A DNA stretch of 64,000 nt from Eledone cirrhosa (lineage: Eukaryota), in the NCBI GenBank assembly GCA_964016885.1, contig OZ024742.1:290532001-290596000 (forward strand), written 5' to 3'. Both the position numbers and the translations under genes were made by a program. Position 1 is the stretch's first letter; every line of letters starts with the position of its first letter. The notes under the pieces are model-generated. The model was not told the origin of the DNA, made no database searches, and saw nothing but the letters and a program-made list of their open reading frames with translations. Positions 25,305 through 38,672 of this stretch are shown here, piece after piece.

Positions 25305-25914
25305 AACAAACACTTCAGCCTTGACTGGATGATATATTTCAGTTGTGTCTTCTGGGAAAACAATAGAAGATGCATTACCATGAAGAAACAGCCAGCAATA
25401 CCTGCTGCATCAAACAATCTACTTCGTTAGGCTCCTTCCTCAGGTTTACTGGCTTCATTCCTGTTTGTGGAGGAAACTGACAGGCTAGGAATTGAGGACA
25501 CTAGAGATCTCAATGGCAACCAGCAGAAAATGGAACCCATTCTAGCATGGAAGATAGACGTTAAATGATGATGATGATGAGTCAATGCTTGGTATTTCAT
25601 CATCTTCCACTCCTCTGTAGAAAATCCAGGGAAGTAAGACAACAGAGGCCCCAGTAGTGACCGACACAAAATTCAAAGTCAGTCAGTCAGTATTTAGTCA
25701 TCTTCCACTCATCTGTGTTGTAGATGTCAGCAACGAAGGCTGTGGTTAAAGTGATGAGATTAATGTCAGCGAAAGTGTCACAAGATGTGGCATACCAGAT
25801 GACTGACTTACCATACCCAAACAAGAAAAAGTTTAACCCATCTGGGCAGCTAACTATTTCTTTGTAAATTTTTGTATTTTTGGCAGAATTAGTAGACTAG
25901 AAGGTATTTCAAAT

Positions 25915-26110
25915 GTCTATCCTCATTAGATGGGCTCGACTTAATTTAGTAGTCTCTACTCATGGATATGTGGAGCTTCCTTAGGTGGGCTCTACTGATG
26001 GATGTGGGGTTTCCTTAGGTGGGTTCTACTTAAGGACGTGGGACCTCATTAGATGATCTCTACTCATGGATATGTGGAGATTGATTAGATGGACTCTACT
26101 TAAGGACATA
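25915..26110. repeat. Degenerate minisatellite, unit about 34-36 bp
   Basis: Repeated tctactcatggatatgtggagcttccttaggtgggc-like units. Confidence 0.65.
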
Positions 26111-27091
26111 AGTGTGGCTGAGATAATACAGATTGGAACTTCAGCTTGCATTTGTTGTCCCATAAGAAACAATTGACAAAAGAGGCCACTGTAGTAGTGG
26201 CAGAAAACAGCGAAAGTGGACCAGATGCTGAAACTTATCTGTGAGTGACATTATATGAATCAGTTGTGTGGTCTTTCTCTGGATATGATCTAAGATATCT
26301 GTATGTGTAGCAGCAGCACTGTCACAGCTGTGAGAGTAGTATTCTATTCTTGGCCTTATCTGAACTTTGCAGAGAATTAATAGTTACTAGCTCTGAAGCC
26401 AATGTTTTTGATGCAGTTTTTACTGTGTTGACATTGTGCATTTTCCAGAAAAGATCCTCATTGAAGTTATCACAAAGGATTGTGTTGCATACTGTGTTTA
26501 AGTAGAGGGGTGGTGTGATGATATTTTCTTGATGCAGTTATTGCAGGCTTTTGCTGTTGAAGGTGACAATATTGGCATGATCCCAGAGTTGAGTGTGGGT
26601 CAAAGTGATTTTCAAAATTGGCTACGCTGTGTGTAGGTCAGTTTGAGATACAAAATTGGCAGTGTTGAGTGAGTTGGTGAGCTGTATTCATGCATACTAT
26701 GATAGTGCAAGCTGACAAAAGGCCCCTGATCCAAGGAACAAATGGAGTCTATAAGAAGGAAGTTTTGACAGCTGTGATCAAAGTTTTGCTAGTGTTTTAT
26801 CACTAGATTCTTCCAAATTCTTGTTTATTTTCAACACAATTTCAAATTATAGACAATGTCTTCCATTAAAAATGGTTATGTTTTAAATTTGAAAATATGT
26901 TAGCACTTTTGGGTAGCCATGGCAATACAAATAACTATAAATAATAGTTGAATAAGTTAGCTAAAGTATTCTAGAGATTAAAAAAAGATTACAGAAATAC
27001 CTGTGAGAATGAAATCATAAATTAGCTAAATTATTTTTCATAATTTTATTATTGTTTTGAAATAATTTGTTGGTTTGTGTTCGAAATCTAG

Positions 27092-27225
27092 ACATGGTAC
27101 CTGACACCTGGTCACCTATGGCAGAAAATGAATTCTTAAAAATTGTTGAAGTCAAAAGAGGAAAGGAATATGATGAGATCTTTACCACTTTCAAAAGCAA
27201 ACTTCCTCAATATAAAATAATCAAA
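27092..27225 (+). CDS. PARP14: PARP14-like exon, start of catalytic domain
   Basis: tctAG acceptor; MVPDTWSPMAENEFLKIVEVKRGKEYDEIFTTFKSKLPQYKIIK matches the P-x-x-W...EY...F...I motif preceding IERIQN; GTTTGT donor at 27226. Not present in the ORF track. Confidence 0.88.
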
Positions 27226-28434
27226 GTTTGTATTTTCCTTCCATAATTTTATTGTTTACTCAATTTCACCACCTATTACCACATTGGTGTTTAGTTGGAC
27301 ACCATACTCTCAGTCTTCTAGTATCCAGTTGGATTATGGTGGTTTCTGTATTGGTGTTTCACTTAGGTTCAGTCTCTGAGATGTGAGCCAAACAAATGCC
27401 ATTGCTGGTTCACAGTAGATGTGTTTAAACTCCACCCACTGTCATGTCACTTCAGTGCTGACTGCTTCCTTCAACATTCCACCCTCAATGATATTATTAA
27501 ACATGACTTGGATATGGCTGGTTTCTCATTACTGCTAAATCCAGTGAGACTTGACCAAAGGGATAATGAAAGACTGGACAACATCTTTCCCTCATGGGGT
27601 GGTAAGCTCATAACCTGAGATATAACATTTATTGTAAGCTGGTTAAGTTGGTGCCAAAGTAGCAACCTGGTTAAGTTGGTGCCAAACCTAAACTTTGTCA
27701 CCCGACATGCTGAAGATTGCAAGCTGTCAAAATACCAGATGCTGTGCTGGTGCTACAAAAACCACACCCAGTATACTCTGTATGAAACATATGAACAAGA
27801 CAGTTTTTCAACCCAACTTATCTGAAATTGTGACAACCCATCCAACCCATGTTAGCATGGAAAGTGGATGTAAAAATTATGATGATGATGAGTTGTGAAA
27901 CTTGATCTGAAGAAAATATAGGCTTCAAGCCTTAAACAAATATTTATTAACAAACCTAAATCCTAGACTTTAAAAATAACTTCTCTAGAATTTCTATATT
28001 TTTGATTGGGTAAAATTACTCTTCTACATAATTGCTGAATTTGTTAATTTTGAAAATAAATGTATATTAGTTTTTCAACGAAGTGAAGTTGTGTAGTTGT
28101 TATCTTCTTTAGGTAACATATTAATATCCTTGAAAGTTGTGGTAACCTGGCTGAAGCTTTTGAAATTTTAGTTTATACATGACTGGCAAGTGAGTTTTGA
28201 TCAGAGATCCTGTGTTAAAATTAAAATAATTACTGCATAGAAAAATCATATTAGCTACAGTTGTATGTACATGTCAGGCAAGTAAGTTTTGATCCGAGTT
28301 CCTGTGTTGAAACTAAAATAATTACACCAAAGAAGTTATTTTAGCCCTTCAAAAAACATACAAAAACTGTTAACTTCACTTTATATACAGCATTTATTTC
28401 TTGGTATGAAAATCTTTGTTGTGCTGACTGTGAT

Positions 28435-29710
28435 TGCAATCACACTGTTTGTAACTTGGTCACTGACACATTACCAGTCACACTGTGACCTGATCACTGA
28501 CACAGTACTACTGACTGTGACCTGGTCACAGACACAGTACTAACGACTTACTGTGACCTGGTCACTGACACAGTACTAACGACTTACCGTGACCTGGTCA
28601 CTGACACAGTACTAACGACTTACCGTGACCTGGTCACTGACACAGTACTACCGACTTACCGTGACCTGGTCACTGACACAGTACTACCGACATACTGTGA
28701 CCTGGTTACTGACACAGTACTACTGACATACCAGACCTGGTCACTGACACACTACCACAGTCACACTTTGACCTGGTCACTGACACAGTACCACTGTCAC
28801 ACTGTGACCTCGTCACTGATGCAATACCACTGTCAACTGGTCACTGACAGTACTATTGTCATGCTGTGACCTGGTCACGAACACAGTCCCACTGTCATAC
28901 TGTGACCTAGTCACTGACAATACTACTGACATACTGTGACCTGGTCACTGACATAGTACCACTGTCACACTGTGACCTGGTCACTGACATAGTATCTCTG
29001 TCACTGTGACCTAGTCACTGACACAGCACCCCTGACAAACTGTGACCTGGTCACTGACACAGTACTGTTGTCACACTGTGACACAGTACTAGTCACACTG
29101 ACACAGTACCAGACTTAGTGTGACCTAGTCACTGACACAGTACCATTGTCACACTGACTTAATCACTGACACAGTACTGTTGTCACACTGTGACGTGGTC
29201 ACTAACACAATACCACTGTCATACTGTGACATGGTCACTGACACAGTACTACTGACATACTGTGACCTGGTCACTGACACAGTACCACTGCCATACAATG
29301 ACCTGGTCACTGACACAGTACTACTAACATACTGTGACCTGGTCGTTGACAGTCCCACTGACACAGTACCCCTGACATACTGTGACCTGGTTACCGACAC
29401 AGTACCAGTCATGTGTGACCTGGTCACTAACACTACCACTGTCACAGTACTACTGACATACTGTGACCTGGTCACTGACACAGTAATACTGACATACTGC
29501 GACCTGGCAACTCCACTGTCACACCGTGACCTGGTAAGTAACACAGTACCACTGACATACTGTGACCTGGTCACGATAGTACTTCTGTCACACTGTGACC
29601 TGGTCACTGACATACTGTGACCTGGTCACTAACACAGTACCACTGACATACTGTGACCTGGTCACTAACACAGTACCACTGACATACTGTGACCTGGTCA
29701 CTGACACAGT
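28435..29710. repeat. 36-bp minisatellite with internal palindrome
   Basis: Unit ctGTGACC-T-GGTCACtgacacagtactactgacata, roughly 35 diverged copies, ending about 35 nt before the 29745 exon. Confidence 0.95.
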
Positions 29711-29744
29711 TCTAATGAAACTAATTTCATATTTCTTAATACAG

Positions 29745-29922
29745 ATTGAGAGAATACAGAACAAAACATTATACCATAACTATCAAATGATGAAAAGGAA
29801 GTTTCAAGCAGACAACCCTAACCTAAGAAATGAAGTGCAAGACTTTTGGCATGGCACTTCTGTAGATGCTATTACAGGAATAAATAAGGAGGGTTTTAAC
29901 CGGAGCTACTGTGGTAAAAATG
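29745..29922 (+). CDS. PARP14: PARP14-like exon, catalytic domain with HGT motif
   Basis: acAG acceptor; IERIQNKTLYHNYQ...FWHGTS...[16 protein letters not shown] donor at 29923, phase 1. Confidence 0.93.
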
Positions 29923-30769
29923 GTAAGAAACTGTTTATTTTAACCCTTTCATACCAAATTGCCTCCTCCTCCTGCTTATTCTTCTTCTTCTCCTTCTTCT
30001 ATGAAAAGACTAATGATATACCTACAACACTTTTAGAAAACAAATTTCAAAAATTAGCTACTGAACTTGCGCCACCCTATATATATATATATGTATATCA
30101 CCATACTGCCTACGGACACAATTAATCTATATATATATTAGCAGATGTCTGTGCATAATGCCAGTGACGGCAGAGAAAGAAACAACGAGGCAAAGTGAGG
30201 AAGTGGCTCGTTACTTCTCATTCGCCAAGGTTTCTCGATAGAGGCAGAAATGTAAATAGTGTGAATGTGTGAGTGATTTAGAAAGAGAGAGAAAGAGACA
30301 TAGACTAAAAGAGAGGAAGTGTTACAGAGGGTAAGAGAGAATGTGTGAGCGAGAGAAACACAGAGAGAACAAGTTTCTATAGAAGTTCAAAGAGAAGGGG
30401 AGAGAGAGAGAGAGAGAGAGAGGCGCTGTATGTTTGATGCAGTATGTATGTTCTATTGGAGAAGTTGAAAGATATCTGGCACAAAGAGAAGGGGAGATAG
30501 AGAGAGACGCTGTGTGTTTAATACTGTATGTGTATGTGTCAGTGTGTGGAAATAAGAGGTAAAGGAAAGCAATAACCATTAACATGTATGCGTGCATGTG
30601 TGTGTGTATGTGGCGTTCTCCAGAAAGTAAAAACTATCCACATATGCACATGTGTGTGCGACGTTCCACAATCGCCATTTATTTCAATCACTCTTGTGAA
30701 GATATTCATGTAACTTTCACTCATTTTTTCATTTAATCCCCATTTTAATTTTCAACAAAGTTTCCAAGA

Positions 30770-33700
30770 GATATGTTCTGACTCTCTACAAGAGGAGACA
30801 GGGTAGATATAGATGATCAGCATTCTACAGTGAAGCAAAGACAAGTACAGGTAGCCAGAGCAAAGTCACTAGAGACCCCTGAACAATGTCAGCAAAGACA
30901 TGAAAATGATTGGAGAAGAGCTGCTGCACGCATAGCCAACGAGTCACAAGTGGCTAGGGAAAACCGGTTAGAACAATTGCGTCAACAAAATGCAATCCGC
31001 AGGAGCCAAGAGTAAAATGTTTAAAGGATGCAAGACAAAGACAAGCTGCCCGAGTTGCCAATGAGACAATAGGTCAGCGAGAGATTAGACAAAGAAAAAA
31101 TAGTTGCTGCAAGACTTTGCCAATCCTCAGAGGAAAGATGTAAGCGTCTTGATCAAGATAGGCTGAATATGTTTGACAAAAGAGATGCACCTTTCAAGGG
31201 GACTTGTAAAAGATCAGCTTTCAACTATGATCCAAAACATGATAATTCTACAGAGAAATTGATTGATATTGGAACAATGTCAAAAGAGTGCAGTTTTTGT
31301 AAAATAAAGAAATGGGAAAGAGAAACTACCACTATGTGTTGTGGTGGAGGAACGGTTGTTTTACCAATGTTTGATACCCCCCAGATACTTTGAAGGCATT
31401 GCTTTTGGAAAACACACCAAGGAGCATACACTTCATGTAATACATTAGGAATTATAATTCTGGTTTCCAAATGACATCCTTTGGCAGCAATATTATAAGA
31501 GAAGGGAACATGAAGCCAACTTTTAAAGTTCAAGGTGAAGTATACTATCGTATTGGATTTTTGTTGCCAACTGAAGGCAAATATCCTCAGTTTTTACAGC
31601 TATATTTTGTGGCAAATTACAAGGAGTAAGCTTTGTAACGGTCATTTAACCTTCCAAATTTGAAAGAAGAGTTAATCTTTGATCTGCAAGATATGTTCCA
31701 TGCAAATAATAGCTACATCAGAGCTTCAAGCATACATTAGAATCTGCACCCCCACCCCCACTGAATACAAGATAGTTATTGATGCAGACAAAAAGCCTAT
31801 TGCTGAACACAGAGGCCGCTACAATGCCCCTGCCACAAATGAAGTAGCAGCAATTATTACAGGCGACAAGTATGGGAAGAGAGATATTATTATTCAAGGA
31901 AGTGGAAATAAGATGCAGCAGATAAATGCAACCCACCAATAATATGATGCACTCCAGTATCCATTAATCTGTGTATTTGGCCAAGATAGATATCACTTTA
32001 GTATAAAAATAAAACAGATCTTCAAACAAGAGCTCCTGCACTGACAAAAACAGTAAGCTGCATGGAATTCTATACCTAGCTTTTCATTTTAAGAGAGCAA
32101 GACTTCAATATTCTTGATCGTTCACGTGAGCTCTTCCAGTAATTTGCAGTTGATATGTATGCAAAAATTGAAGGAGAAAGGCTTCTTTACATTAGAACAC
32201 ATCAGAAAGATCTCTGTGCATCAGATTACATTCACCTGAGAGATGCAATCAGTAATGAAGGAGCATTGGCTGCTGATAACATTGGACAACTTTGTGCCTT
32301 TCTTCCATCAAGCTTTACAGCAAGTCCACGTTATATGCATGAGCGTACCCAAGATACACTTTCATGTGTTAGACACTGTGGTTGTCCAGACCTCTTCATT
32401 ACATTCACATGTAACCCAACATGGCATGAAATAAAGCTGATGGATCTCCTAAAAAAAAAAAAGGTGAAGTCTTTGGACTAGTCAAATGTGACATGTACAC
32501 AATTGAATGGCAAATACAAGGTTTGCCACATGCCCACATTTTGATTTGGTTACATGAAAACCTTTGGCCAAATGATATTGATTTATTTATCTCAGCTGAA
32601 CTTCCTGATCTACATGGGCCCTGTGTTTCAATTAATCCATCTTCCACATGTATGAGGGATAATAAGTGTACCAAGAACTACCCACGTCCCTCTGTACAAA
32701 AAACCCAAACTGGAGAAGGTGGCTACCCCCTTTAAAGGAGAAAACCTGGGCATGGTGGATTCACTTCAAGAAAAAACAAGAAAAATGGGCAAGAATTCAT
32801 CATTGACAATCGGTGTGTTGTACCTTACTGTCCTCCTCTTACAAAAACTTTCAATGTTGAATTTTGCAACTCTGTTAAGTCTATTAAGTATGTTTGCAAA
32901 TATATAAACAAAGGTTTAGATGTTGCAGCATACACTCTTATGCAAAATGGCAGTCTGCAGATAAATAAAAATGACGAAGTTGCACAGTGTGAGAGAGAAA
33001 GATAAATCAGTAACAATGAGGCTTTTTGGCACATCTTCAATTTTCCCATTCTTGTGAGGCAATCAACCATCATTCATCTGAGTGTTCATCTAGAGAATGA
33101 CCAAAGGGTTATCTTTACAAAACAAACAGCCCTGCAACAAGCACTTTCTCCAAAAGAAACTGCCTTTTTAAAGTTGTGTCAAGAAGATGACGATGCAAAA
33201 AAACTCCTTTACCTAGAATTACCCAAGTATTACACCTGGACAAACAATAAATGGCACAAGAGGACACGAGGGGCTGATGCTCTTACAAGAGCTTACAGTG
33301 TCCACCCAAGCCAAGCAGAAGGCTACTACTTACCTTTTGCATGAAGTACGTGGTCACAAATCATTCCAAGATTTGAGGAGAGTAAATCGTCATGCATGTG
33401 AAACTTATAGAGAAGCATGCTATCAACAAGGTTCTTTAGAAAATGATGATCATTGGGACCTTGCGTTGACTGAAGCATCAGTGACAGATTCTCCAAGGAA
33501 ACTCTGTAACCTTTTTGCATTTATGCAGAACATGTGTCAACTTGTCAGTCCCCTACATCTTTGGATGAAACATTGTGAGGACATGGCTGAGGACTTAAAG
33601 TATGCAGTTCAACAGGCAAATCCAGATATCAATATTCAGTTCTCTGAAAATTTTTTTAACCAAGCACTAATTGAAATTGAGGATCAAGTTTTGGTCATGG

Positions 33701-35183
33701 GAGGCAAACATTTTCAAGAGTCAGGTTCTGGACTACCAAAAAGAAACCGTCAAGTTGGTGCATTAACTTCAAGAGAGATAACAAGCGAGATAAATTATGG
33801 CATCACAGAGTTGGCTGCATTTGTGAATGAACATGAACCTAAACTTCTTCCAGAACAACGCTGTGCATATGATAAAATTATTTCATCAGTCAGAGAAAAA
33901 AAGTGGAGGAATTTTCTTTCGTGATGCTCCTGGTGGCACAGGTAAAACATTTGTAACAACATTGCTTCTCTCCAAGGTAAGGTAACAAAAAAGAATTGCA
34001 GTTGCTATAGCATCATCTGGCATTGCTGCCACCTTCTCCCAGGAGGACAAACAGCTCATTCTGCTTTTAAATTACTGCTAAACCTGGACACAAATGACAG
34101 TCCAATTTGTAACATAAGCAAAGGTTTGGCAGAAGTATGGTGCCAATGCCACCTGATCGTTTGGGAAGAATGTACCATGTCACATAGAGGTGTAATTGAA
34201 GGTCTTGATAAGACGTTACAGGACATAAGAGGCAACAATAAATCTATGGGAGGAGTTACATTAGTTTTATTAGACATTACCAGTCATTCCGAGAGGAATG
34301 AGAGCTGATGAAATAAAAGCATGCATTAAGTCTTCGCACCTATGGAATAAAGTACAGAAATTCTCCTTCAATACTAATATGCGAGCTTTATTACACAGGG
34401 ACCAATGTACACAACAGTTTTCAACCCAGCTCCTCCAATTAGGAAATGGAAAAGTACCACTTGATGGGAATGGTGATGTTGATTTGGCTCATATTGCTAT
34501 CATGGTGAATTACCCAGCTGAATTGAAGAGTAGGGTATTTCCAGACTTAAGTAAAAATTATAATTCACATAAATGCTTGTGTGAAAAGGGCAATTCTTGT
34601 TCCAAAAAATGAGACAGTAGCAAGGATTAACCATGAATTAATGAATAAAATTCCAACAGTCATTAAGGAGTACAAATCAGTTGATTCATTCCTTGATGAA
34701 AACCAAACTGTCCACTACCCAACAGAGTTCTTCAATTCTCTTAAGCCACCTGGAACTCCTCCACATAAACCTTTTCTGAAGGTAGGAGTCCCATTAATGC
34801 TTCTAAGAAATTTAGTTCCTCCTAAATTATGCAATGGGACAAGGTTGATTGTGAAGACATTATCACCTCATGTGATAGAAGCTACCATCATCACTGGATA
34901 TGCCTCTGGGGAAGATGTATTCATTCCAAGAATTCCAATCAAATCAACAGAAATGTCATTTGAGTTCAAACAAACACAATTCCCAGTGCAATTTTGCTTT
35001 GCAATGTCTATTAATAAAGCTCACGGTCAGACTTTGAAATTTACTGGCTTGCACTTAATTGAGCCTTGCTTATCTCATGGTCAACTTTATGTTGGTCACT
35101 CCAGGGTGGGTAGTTTACAAGACTTATTTGTCTATGCTCCAAACCAGAAAACAAAGAATGTTGTTTACCCAGTTCTTACGTAA
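30770..35183 (+). pseudogene. Helitron Rep/PIF1-helicase pseudogene
   Basis: Q/R/E-rich N-terminus, CSFC..MCC zinc finger, GRYNAP, Rep motifs PDLFITFTCNPTW and EWQ..GLPHAHILIW (HUH), Walker A DAPGGTGKTF, LCNGTRL, FAMSINKAHGQTL, SHGQLYV. Many stops and frameshifts. Confidence 0.95.
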
Positions 35184-35275
35184 TTTCCTTCAAAATATGT
35201 GATAGAATTTATCTCCCTTCATAAAAGTGGTAAATTTTGTAATTTCGTTTATTATCATTATTATTATTATTATCA

Positions 35276-35475
35276 GGGCGGTGAATTGGCAGTATCGGTA
35301 GAGGGTTGGACGCCATGCTTTCTAGCATAGTTACGTCCCTTTACAGTCTGAGTTCAAATCCCGCCGAGGTTAACTTTGCCTTTCATCCTTACGGGGTCGA
35401 TAAAATAAAGTACCAGTAATGTACTGGGTAATTTGCTGGCCTTGTGCCTAAAGTAGAAACAATCATTATTATTAT
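35276..35475 (+). mobile_element. tRNA-derived SINE
   Basis: A box TGGCAGTATCGG, B box GAGTTCAAATCC, central gcctttcatccttacggggtcgataaaataaagtaccag domain, (ATT)n tail. Confidence 0.88.
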
Positions 35476-35506
35476 TTTATATTATGAATTCAGAATTGAT
35501 TTCATC

Positions 35507-37764
35507 ACGTGAGGTGTTCAGGATTGCTAGGCAATGCGTCAAGGAAAACCGTGATATTGTTGGGGAGAAGTGTGTACTAAACGACGATGGCACACTTGCC
35601 ATCACCGACGCTGATAAGAAGGTAGCTTGGAAGTGTCACTATGAAAGGCTACTAAATGAGGAGAATAAATGGGAGAAAGACAGTCTCCCCCATATCGACC
35701 CAATAGAGGGACCAGCAGTGTTAGTCGAGGGGAGTATAATAAGTAAGGCAATCAAGGATATGAAGACGGGTAAGGCGGCTGGGCCTTCGGAAATAGTTGC
35801 TGAGATGCTGAAGGCATCTGGCACGGTGGGACACACCATGGTCACCCGCATAGTTAACCAAGTCGTACAGAATGGGGTTGTTCCGAAGGACTGGCATAGC
35901 AGCATCATCGTTAACTGTTATAAGGGTAAAGGAGACGCCCTAGATAGGAGTAACTATAGAGGCATTAAATTAATCGACCAGGTCATGAAGGTCACGGAAA
36001 AAGTAATAGCGCAACTAATCAGAGAGAGAATTGACCTAGATGAAATGCAGTTCGGGTTTGTGTCAGGCAAAAGTACCACAGACGCTCTTTTCATTGTACG
36101 ACAACTACAGGAGAAGTACCTAGCTAAAGGTAAACCCCTCTACTTAGCTTTTGTCGACTTGGAGAAAGCCTTCGACAGAGTCCCCCGCTCCATTATCTGG
36201 TGGGCTCTTAGAAAACTAGGCGTTAACGAATGGCTTGTGAGGGCTATACAAGCCATGTATAAAGAAACAGTCAGCAAGGTTAGAATTAACAATGAATATA
36301 GTGAAGAGTTTAGCGTAAAAGTTGGCGTCCATCAGGGCTCTGTTCTCAGCCCCCTACTATTTATTATTGCCCTTCAGGCTATAACAGAGGAGTTCAAGAC
36401 AGGCTGCCCATGGGAACTCCTATACGCAGACGACCTGACACTCATAGCGGAATCAATGGCCGAACTAGAGAAGAAATTCCAAACATGGAAGCACGGCCTA
36501 GAGTCAAAAGGACTTAAAATTAACCTGGCTAAGACCAAAGTTCTAGTTTGTAGGAAAGAAAACAAGGCGGCGGTCCCATCTGGGAAATGGTCGTGCTCGG
36601 TGTGTAGGAAAGGCGTAGGTAGAAACTCCATTTTATGTCCTAAATGCAAAGTATGGGTGCATAAAAGATGTAGTGGGATCACAGGTAAGCTAACTAAGAA
36701 CATAGATTTTACATGTGGCCGGTGTTCTGGTGCAATAAGTAGCAGCAAGTGCCCACAAAATACTAGCTCTTTCAATTGCGCAGAGGGTTCTATAGAAATA
36801 GTGGACAGCTTCCGTTACCTGGGCGATAAAATCAGCAGTGGGGGAGGGTGCTCTGAAAGTACTGTAGCTAGAGTCAGAACTGGTTGGAAAAAGTTCAGAG
36901 AGCTTATACCACTATTAGCTGCTAAAGGGTTCTCCCTAAAAATGAAAGGCAGGTTGTACGATGCCTGCATACGAACAGCAATGCTGCATGGCAGTGAGAC
37001 CTGGGCATCGTGTGCAGAGGATATACGCAGACTAGAGAGGAACGAAGCTTGCATGCTCCGCTGGATGTGTAACAGTAATATACGTGAACAGCAAAGCATA
37101 AACGAACTAAGGAAAAAATTAGAGATAAGAGGGATCAGATGTTGTTTACTCGAGAGAAGGCTACGTTGGTATGGACACGTGATGCGCATGAAAGTCGATA
37201 GCTGTATAACAAAGTGCAGGGCAATAAAGATAGACGGTAGTCACGGAATAGGCAGACCTAGAAAAACCTGGGATGAGCTGATAAACTCCGACATCACACA
37301 CTTACACCTCTCCAAGACAATGTCACTGGACCGAGACCTTTGGCGGTACTCAGTAACAGAGAAGACCCGCCTTACCTAAATATATAGTAAAACCTACTCC
37401 AGCCAGTAGGCATCTCTAACAAAATACACCCCGTCCCACCACCCCCACCCCATCCCGTTCTATGTAAAGTTATGTTGGTGCCGCGCCATCGAGGCCGAAA
37501 CAAATGAGATCGTGTAGGTGTCACGACAAAAAAACACACAGTCCACGCTGTAATGTGGCCGTGTAGGCAACACGGTAAAAACCTCCCAGACCCACACTGT
37601 AAATGTGGTTGGTGTTAGGAAGGGCATCCAACTGTAGAAAACCTGCCAGACAGTCCTATGCGAGCAAGACAATCACTCTTGCCTCAAGTGGGACTACCCC
37701 CGTCCAAACCCATGCAAGCGTGGAACACGGACGTTAAACGTTGATGATGATGATGATGATGATG
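35507..37764 (+). mobile_element. RTE-clade LINE, 5'-truncated with uninterrupted RT frame (copy 3, young)
   Basis: Stop-free from 35507 to 37379 (RT with LYADDL, PHD, C-terminus), complete 3' UTR and (GAT)n tail; APE domain absent. Confidence 0.96.
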
Positions 37765-37888
37765 TATCCCAATTGAAGAATAAATTGAATTTAGAATAAC
37801 AAGTTTCTTTTCCACATATTTTGCTTTTTTCTTCTAATATATAAGGAACAATTTCATTCCCAGGCAATGCCAGGTGCCTCTGCTAGTA

Positions 37889-37925
<37 letters not shown>

Positions 37926-38298
37926 GTGTGTGTCCGTCTAAACCCATACTAGCGTGGAGGATAGACGTTAAACGATGATGATGATATATATATATTAAGA
38001 AAATAAGAAAAAAAGTTGAAAATGCTAATAGGATTTTCTCATAGAATAATAGCAAAACATTTGTTTAAAGTAATTTATTGTACCGGTTTCAACTGATAAT
38101 TATTTTGGCTTCTTCATGCTACAGGAAATATGATAAAATGTATATAATAAAATTAAGGTGTATATTAATTAGAAGAGGGTATTAGAGAACATAGTTTACA
38201 TATATATAAAAGTTCACATTCTGTTTATCTCTTTTTCTCTCTCTCTCCTCCTTGGTGGTTTGGTGGTAGTAGCAACTAAGATAGAGGTTGGTTTGTTC

Positions 38299-38332
<34 letters not shown>

Positions 38333-38334
38333 AG

Positions 38335-38630
38335 AGTGTCGGGTTTACAATCGTGAGGTTGTGATTCTCAGACCGAGCTTTGCGTTGTGTTCTTGAGCAA
38401 GGCACTTTATTTTATGTTGCTCCAGTTCACTCAGCAGTAGAAATGAGTTGCGACATCACTGGTGCCAAGCTGTATCGGCTTTCACTTGGACAACATCGGT
38501 GATGTGGAGAGAGGAGACTGGTATGCATGGGCAACTGGTGGTCTTCCACATACAACCTTGCCTGGGCTTGTGCCTCGGAGGGGAACTTTCTAGGTGCAAA
38601 TCCCATGGTCATTCATGACGGAAGGTCTTT
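38335..38630 (+). mobile_element. CORE-type SINE
   Basis: gtgttcttgagcaaggcactttattttatgttgctccagttcactcagcagtagaaatgag core, shared with the 55440-55770 SINE but with a different tail. Confidence 0.7.
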
Positions 38631-38672
38631 TTTTTTTATATATTTATATTTATATATATTTTTTCATTTTAG

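Larger units (their letters stand above)
30126..37886 (+). mobile_element. Helitron (autonomous type, decayed) with both termini; a SINE and an RTE are nested in its 3' region
   Basis: A|TCTATATATAT 5' end at 30126, RepHel remnants, 3' end cccaggcaatgccaggtgcctctgCTAG|T at 37883-37887. Confidence 0.85.

Noticed and set aside
27097-27116. Exon sequence gtacctgacacctggtcac resembling the 36-bp minisatellite
   Set aside because: Only about 9 contiguous matching bases; chance cannot be excluded.
28435-29710. CRISPR-like array (36-bp palindromic repeat)
   Set aside because: Units are contiguous with no unique spacers, there are no cas genes, and the context is a eukaryotic intron.
35276-35370. 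tRNA gene
   Set aside because: A and B boxes are present but there is no cloverleaf. It is the head of a multi-copy SINE, and the same applies to the other SINE heads.
35484-37379. 631-aa ORF as an autonomous active LINE gene
   Set aside because: The Met and first residues come from flanking DNA. Homology starts at about 35507 and the endonuclease is missing.
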